DNA of 64,000 nt from a virus (lineage: Duplodnaviria; Caudoviricetes): the IMG/VR virus record IMGVR_UViG_3300020112_000942, positions 32,001 through 96,000 of that record; one strand, written 5' to 3'. Positions 56,928 to 64,000 of the stretch are shown piece by piece. Every line of letters starts with the position of its first letter. Within the stretch, counting starts at the first letter, position 1. The translations under genes and the position numbers were made by a program. The notes beneath the pieces were generated by a model. It was given only the letters and a program-made list of their open reading frames with translations. It was not told the DNA's origin and did no database searches.

Positions 56928-59910
56928 TGAAGAATACAAAAAGATTTTCTATGATGTAATTAGAGATATAATAACTGGAGATAACGGCACTTTGGCAAAT
57001 TGTTTTGATGGTACTACGCTGGGTATCCTTGCAAAAAACAAAGATTTAATGTGGCAAGTCTTTACTGAATTTATGTCAGATGAAGGAGACGAAACAAATT
57101 GTTTGGGACACTACGGAATTAGAGATAAAGATTTTAATGGTAAAGAAACTGTAGCTAAATATATCGGAGATAGAATTAGTCTTGAAGGTATGAGTAAAGC
57201 AATTGATAAATATGAGAAACATTGGAATGAATCTTTTGCTTCTTTAGTGTCTTTATATAAAGATTTATATTTAAGCGATGGTGCCGCATAGATAGGAGAT
57301 TCTGCATTTACCATAAAAGATGTTCTTAATTCCGATGCCGGATATTCTTTTTCTTCTGAAACAGAATGGACAAGACCAAATAAAAATATCAGTGGTCAAA
57401 CATATTCACAGGTTCGTGCAAACGATAAGATAAAAAGAATATTAAATAATAAAGCATTTATGCAATTTACACAAGGATAGAATATCAATGATGAAGTTGA
57501 ACTTGGCAAGATAAAAGAACGACTTTGTCGTCTATTGATGCCAGAATATCAAAGAACAGTTCAAATTGAAGACCTTGATAGAAACTTCTGGGTTATTGGC
57601 GGCATAATTGCAGGAATATGTGAATTCTTATTCGATGCAAATTCACCATTAAATAAAATTTTTGATGGATTATTAGATGAAATAACCCAAATTTGGGAGA
57701 ATTTATTCTATCTTTGGATGGGAGCAATAGTTTTAACTTGGAAGACTAATTCAAGAGAACAGGGCTTGTTTGTTCCACTAAACAATGATGTTTTAAGACC
57801 ATATAAAAAATTTGATAATTTCAATGATACTGATATAAGTAAGATGCTTTCTGATAATGAGTTGATATCATACGATGATACAGTGAATGTTTTAAAACGC
57901 TGTCATGAAAGATTATCTTACTTTGAAGATGTTTATAACGACAGCTCTCTTGCGATTATACCAGAAATTCGTTTGGGAAACTATCAGACAAATTATTATT
58001 CAAAAGCATATTACCCTGGAATTATAGTTGTATTAAGACAAACAAATATTGCATCTGAATAGGACTACTATTCTACTTTTGAAGATTTATATAAGGCGGC
58101 AACATCAAGAGTTGATTATTATTATATACCATTTTCAGTTAGTGATACGGCGGCCAAAGAAAATAAAGTTAGCCCAGTATTTGTTGATATGTGTTCAGAA
58201 AATAAATATGTAAGGATAGGTAAACATACCTCATCAAGATTTTGTGGTGTATATGAATTAGATAATAATTATTATTTATCTTGCCCATATAATAAATCAA
58301 CAAGTGGTAAAGTAGCAAATGGATGTTATGTTGCTGGAGTCCGTACGGATATTGAAAAGTTTAGTTTTAAAACATCAACCGCATTTGATAATAGATTTTC
58401 ATTTGACTTGAAAATTAATTTTTATGATGTTGGTAGCGTATTGACAGATAGTCATGCTGATGTAGTAACCAGCGTAGAAGGGGCATGGCATCAGTATAAT
58501 GGTCAGATATTTGTTTTAGAATAGGAACAAATGAAACCCCATGTAGCCACTGACACATTAGTAAAAATAACACGAGGAAATTATAGAGGCGAATATGCTT
58601 CATGGCAGTACATTGAAGAACCAGTTTTTGATATTACTATTAAAAAGATATGGGCTGATGTTAATCCAGATGTTATGACGGATAAAGATAAGAAAATAAC
58701 AATTTAGCTCATGGGGTCAAACGGTGTATCACAGGAACAAACTGTAGAATATAAAAATAAAAATAGTGAAACTCTTTATTTCCAAAATCTTCGTGCATAT
58801 ACAGACAACGGTGAAGTCATTAAATATACGGTAAAAGAAACCGATACCATTGGAACTGATTGGGTTGATACCTATGAAAACAGAGTAATCTCCTATGAAT
58901 CTGCGGATAAAACAGCAAAAATTACAAATACATGGACAAAAATTAATTATAATAGTGAAGTTGAAATAATAAACATGACGGATACATCTGCAAGTATTGA
59001 TGCATTTGTTGCAAAAATTAATAGCGACGATGGGACTGGTTATAAACATATTTGGAGAGACAAAGTTAAGACTGCCGCATCAAAATTATCAGATAATAGT
59101 GCAAAAGTATATTTTTCACATTTTAATCATCTTGATAATCTAAATCGTTCTATTTTTGAATGTACGCCATATGTTTCCTTAGCTATAAAATTAAAAAATA
59201 AAAACATTCGCTATTATCATTATGATGTAAAAGTGAGTGAAGGAGATAGTATTCACGGTAAGAGCGGTAATTTGGCGGCAATTCCATTTCCTTATATTAG
59301 TTCCGTGTTAGCTCGAAGCACGGATATAAGAGCTACTTATGATATGAAGTCTGCACAGCGTTCTACACTAAAACTTGCTCCTTATGACCCACGTGATAAT
59401 TTTGATAAAAACCCAGCGATTCCACCGGCTACTTATGACGATGCCAAAAAGAAATATTATGTAGGCCCATTAGTTAATAATCCGGACTCTTGGAACCCTA
59501 ACGCATACCCACTTGGCAATATAGTTGTTCGACCAAATAAATTAGATTTTACTGGTGGCACACCATATTTATATAACTTTATTATTTATGCGATAGACAG
59601 GGCATGTGCAGGAATTTCTATAAATGAATCTCCAGAGCGTTTGTTCCCTTATTATTATAAATGTGAAATAAAAACAGGCGGTGAGGCTACTGAAAATAAA
59701 TTTGGAACAATAACAGCTACATATCAAGAGTTTAATAAAGAGGGAAATAAGATATACTGGGCAGACAACAGGAAGGAGACATATTTGGTCGACTCAAAAG
59801 ATGGAGCAATTCCTCTAATTTCTACTAATGCATATACAAAATTTGAGAATGGAGATAAAGTTCGTGATTTTTGTGCATTAAGCCATATAATGATAAAGGA
59901 GGGAGAATGA
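56920..59910 (+). CDS. Giant protein paralog 1 (about 996 aa, several TAG) with a Cna-B-like domain
   Basis: Joins through TAG (57289, 57478, 58060, 58522, 58705) to TGA; motif RLLMP...EDLDRNFWVIG. Confidence 0.75.
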
Positions 59911-59911
59911 T

Positions 59912-62900
59912 ATGGATAAAGACAATGAAATTCTTACTTCTGCTGTTAATGAAAAAGCCGCTGAAGACAGTGGCCTTCAACGAGATGACATTGTTTATTT
60001 AAGCAAAGGATATGTTCTCAGTCATCAAGATGAGTTTAATGATTTTAATAATGATTTACTAAAACTTATCCACGAACAAAACGAACCCTATAAGGCTGAA
60101 GAGCTTAGTGCCCAAGATAGAATAGCTGGATTTTTAAGCAAAACTATTGATTGGGAAACACTTGAAAATGCTACTTCTGGTGAAGACGTATTCTTTGATG
60201 GAGAAAAAGGTTTATATACATCAATGAAAGAATCTTTCCGTGACCTTTATAGCGGCGCAAATAATGATTATAAGGCTTTTGATACAATGCCATATAATTG
60301 GGATGATGCGTATTGGAATAAAGCAATCTCAAAAATGATTCAAGACTTTTACCAAAAGATAGATATTGCTTAGGTGAAGGACTATGAAAAGTCAGGACTA
60401 TTAATTGAGAACATTGATGAGGATGGTACGATTGATGTTGACCATCTTAGAGCATCAATAAAAACTTCTACTGGTATTGCATCATTAAGAATTATTGATA
60501 TTTTTGATGCAGATGCAGGTAATAGTTTTGAAAGTGAGAATTATCTTTATGAATACAATCCTTTTTATGAAAACGTAACATTTTCAATAGAAGGATAGCA
60601 GAAAGAAGATAAGGGGAAACAAAAAACATATACAATTAAAAATGGTTTATTCACATAGGCTGCATCAAAAGTGTTATCATTAATTGACAACGGAGAACTA
60701 ATCAAGGGTTTAGAGATTAAGAGAATTACAAGTTTACATGCAACACAAGAAGATAATTATTTAATTGGTGGAGGAGTAAGCAGCGAAGGAGACTTGGATA
60801 TTGAAGATGATGTAAGCTACTATGTTTCTATTGAAAAAGATAGTAGCCAGCGTAAAATATTTAAAGTCGTTACCAATCCATGGGTTATACCTTGGTATAA
60901 TGTTGATGCAGACACATATCGAAAAGTGAGAGGAGAAGACCTCGCTGTTAGTGCCGCCACAAATGATAAACAAATTGACTTCACAAAAGATGCAGATACA
61001 AAATGGATAAGACTATTAATGCCACGCAATAAACGCAAGGTTGAAGTAGAAGATTTGAATAGAAATTTTTGGGTAATTGGTCAATGTTTAAGTGGAATAA
61101 CATCATATCTATTTGACCGAGAAAGTCCTCTTTCTCAGTTTATAAAAAGTGCTCTTGATGAGCTTGCAAAACTATGGGAAAATATATTATTCCTTTGGGC
61201 GGCGAATATGATATTATCACAAGATAAAACATATAATTATATACACAAAGAAATTATTATGTTGTCTCCTACTGATTACGGTTTTGATATGAAATATGAT
61301 AATATTCAATCAATAGTTGCGTATAATTATTCCGAGATTTGGGATATAGATGATTCTAATCAAATCTGGAATGATTTTGTTGCTCAAATCAGTCAGCGTC
61401 TTGATTTTATGATAAATAAATATGCTGATAGTAGTTTGCTTATAGTGCCATGCATTAGAGGTAAAAACTATTAGAATAATTATTATGGAGAGCTTTGTAT
61501 TCCAGGCGTATGGCATTATGATAAGAATGAAAAAAATCCACAATGGAAAGTGTATCCACTTGTCACTCAAAATGGTGGAGTATTTACTATTTCTGCGGAA
61601 CAGTATATGGATAGAACTTATGGAATAAACGAACAAGAAGAGAACTATAAATATATCTATCCGCTTTCAAATGCAGAAAGCGTAGGTTCATTAATTGATT
61701 CACGCTTCTATTGTCTTATTAGAGATAATATTTCTCTGACTTGGACTGACGCAGAAAAAGAAATAAATATTTCTCTGCATGATGAAGGATATAGTCTTGT
61801 TAATGGAAAATAGGCAAGAAAAATTGATGAGATTAAATTTAAGTATAATGACGCCGATAAAACATTTGAGTATGTCAATTCAAATTTTTCTTTCGATGAC
61901 TCCACTCCAAAAAATGGTGCGGTACCTATAAAGAGTGGATTTTATCAGGGAGAGCTATTAAGCGATTACAAGAATGTATCAAGGGTACATTATAATATGC
62001 ATATTCTCAGGACTGCTCCATTACATCCAACAGAATTGTCGGCGTCTGAGTATAAAGAGAAATATGTAACCCCAGAATATGCTACAGTTAGACAGCAGGA
62101 CAAGGATATACTTAGTAAAATTATTGAGACATATCTTGAATACAATCGTACTGATAATTTCTGGGATGGAAGAGAACAATATTTTAATGAAGAGAGTTCA
62201 GCTTTTGGTGCTTCATATACTCATGATAACGGACGTATTAATGATGAATGGAAATAGGGTCTTAGAAAAGATACACCTGTTAATGCTCAAGCTGGAGCGG
62301 CATTATCTTTTCCAACTATTGATGATTGGAAAAATAAAACCATAGAATATTACAATACTGTTAATAAAGATGGTCCACTAAATGAAGCTACATTAATTTT
62401 TATTGAAGGCACAAGGACATGTGCTTATTCATCATCACAAAGTGTTGACAGACAAGGTACTGTTTATTATTTTCCATATTAGGAATCAAAAGATGATTCA
62501 AACGAAATGTCTTTGCCATTCCCTGTATCGGATACGACTTCGATTGAACATACAAGTACCGGAGCAGTATTATCTGTTCCAAAGAAAAATGGTTCAAGAG
62601 TCTATTCATATTATGATAAACATGTTGATATAAATAAAGCAGACCCATATTATAATGATAAGTATGCAGCAGCATGCGTAATTAGTAGAACTGATGATGG
62701 CCTACATTATAAAGTTGCAAATGGAGTTGAAAAAAATCCACCGCTTGTAACAGATTTAGATACAATAAAGAATTTTAAAGTTAATGAACTCGTTACTTAG
62801 GGTAATCGTGGAGGACTTGGCTCAACACAATGGCTTGTTATGTTAAAAAATGGCGAAGACGAATTAACTGATGATAACTGGCGAATTGTAAAAGTTGATT

Positions 62901-63709
62901 ATTCTTATCTTAGCGGAATGCATTTTACCAAGAGCGAGGATAGTTATGAACCAAATGGTAACTGGCAAGAAACAATGGGATATCACGCATACGCTCCGGT
63001 GGATCAAAGTGGCGTAGATGCATAGTTAGCTCGACTATATGGACATAATTTAATAAAAGATTCACAAGATTTAACTTATGGTGAAATAGCAGAAAAGATA
63101 GCGGAAAAAATAACAGGATATGACGAAAACTGGTACTTACAGCAAGCTATAAGGGCACAGAGTAATAGCTGTTGTGATTCTTGGTTCACAGAACAAAATA
63201 AATTATATAGCAATCTAAGTGCAAAATGGAAAGAGAAAGTTGAAACAGCAGTAGTTTCAGACTGGAATTAGCAGATATATGAAAACAGCGGAACTGGTAG
63301 CCATGGTCTTGAAGATACAGAAGGTAATTCTTTTACGGGTCGTGTATATCTAAATTGGCTAACTATTACAATAGTAAGAGTATATGTATTTGGACCAAAT
63401 GGTTTATATGCAAGAGGTTGTTATTTAAGAGGTTTCGATACGGAGACACGAGATTTGTATTTTGATGGCTTTTCTGATGACAATGTTGGCGGAGTAACTG
63501 TTGATTCAACAAGAGAAGGATATTATGTAATATCAAATTCAATGCCAAATTATAACTATGAAAAGTATAAAGTAAAAGGATGGCATAATGGAACTGCGGC
63601 ATACTTTGATGAATTTATCAAGCATAGTGACAAACAATTTGATAAATATAATGTTACTTGGGACCCAGAGTTAATAAAATGGGAAGACCCAGCTGAAAAG
63701 GAGGTGTAA
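59912..63709 (+). CDS. Giant protein paralog 2 (about 1265 aa, about 10 TAG)
   Basis: Joins through TAG to TAA 63707; motif RLLMP...EDLNRNFWVIG. Confidence 0.75.
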
Positions 63710-63712
63710 TGA

Positions 63713-64000
63713 ATGAGCTTACAAGAGGCTTTACAAAAACTTGTTGACGATTATAAATTTGATGCAAGTACAGAGTATAAATTTTGGAAGACATTCCTTG
63801 ATTTCTTTAACGAAATAAAAGCACCATTTTCTTTTAGTAGTGATGACAAAGAACTGGATGTAGTATTAAACTACATCCAGGAGCTTTGCGACATTAAGGA
63901 TGAGGATTTTAAGTCTTAGCTTTATACTGCACTAAAGGATATGACTGAAGCTCCTCTCACTGATGAAACAATTTATTGGAATTAGTCTTTATAGGATTTA
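63713..64000 (+). CDS. Hypothetical protein, 3' truncated (TAG read-through)
   Basis: RBS AGGAGGTG; the frame continues past TAG 63917. Confidence 0.6.

Noticed and set aside
56920-63709. TAG as pyrrolysine or occasional read-through
   Set aside because: There are too many TAG per gene, no pyl genes are seen, and TAG aligns with Gln in the paralog.

Overview
A 64-kb segment of a large, AT-rich tailed-phage genome, most likely infecting an anaerobic gut Firmicute (inferred from consensus sigmaA promoters, strong Shine-Dalgarno sites, class III RNR and Gram-positive-type lysins). The phage uses a reassigned genetic code: TAG is a sense codon, almost certainly Gln (code 15). The apparently shattered ORFs at 1-14.3 kb and 50.7-64 kb join into single long structural genes when TAG is read through, and every joined gene ends in TAA or TGA. 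Layout: (+) tape measure, CHAP lysin and tail genes (1-14.7 kb); (-) replication and nucleotide-metabolism arm with RuvC, dUTPase, ClpP, DnaE, RecJ, primase, helicase, PhoH, AAA recombinase, SSB, GyrA/GyrB, FTR-NrdG-NrdD-NrdH, RNase H, ligase and kinase (14.7-46.5 kb); (+) HPr-like gene, collagen fibre, GH113 hydrolase, GH25 lysin-holin and an array of paralogous giant proteins (46.6-64 kb). Most notable: gene-by-gene patterning of TAG use, suggesting a translational gate; a second bipartite promoter-like motif (TTAGA-N19-ACATTATTATAG-like) beside 16 near-identical sigmaA promoters; a complete FTR-redoxin-class III RNR chain; an HPr/Crh-like protein lacking His15; a GH113 gene bracketed by a 23-bp duplication; and strong k-mer skews (GATC/CTAG scarce, GCSGC enriched). 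I found no suppressor tRNA, release factor, CRISPR array or reverse transcriptase. All calls are from motif recognition and manual reading, without database searches.
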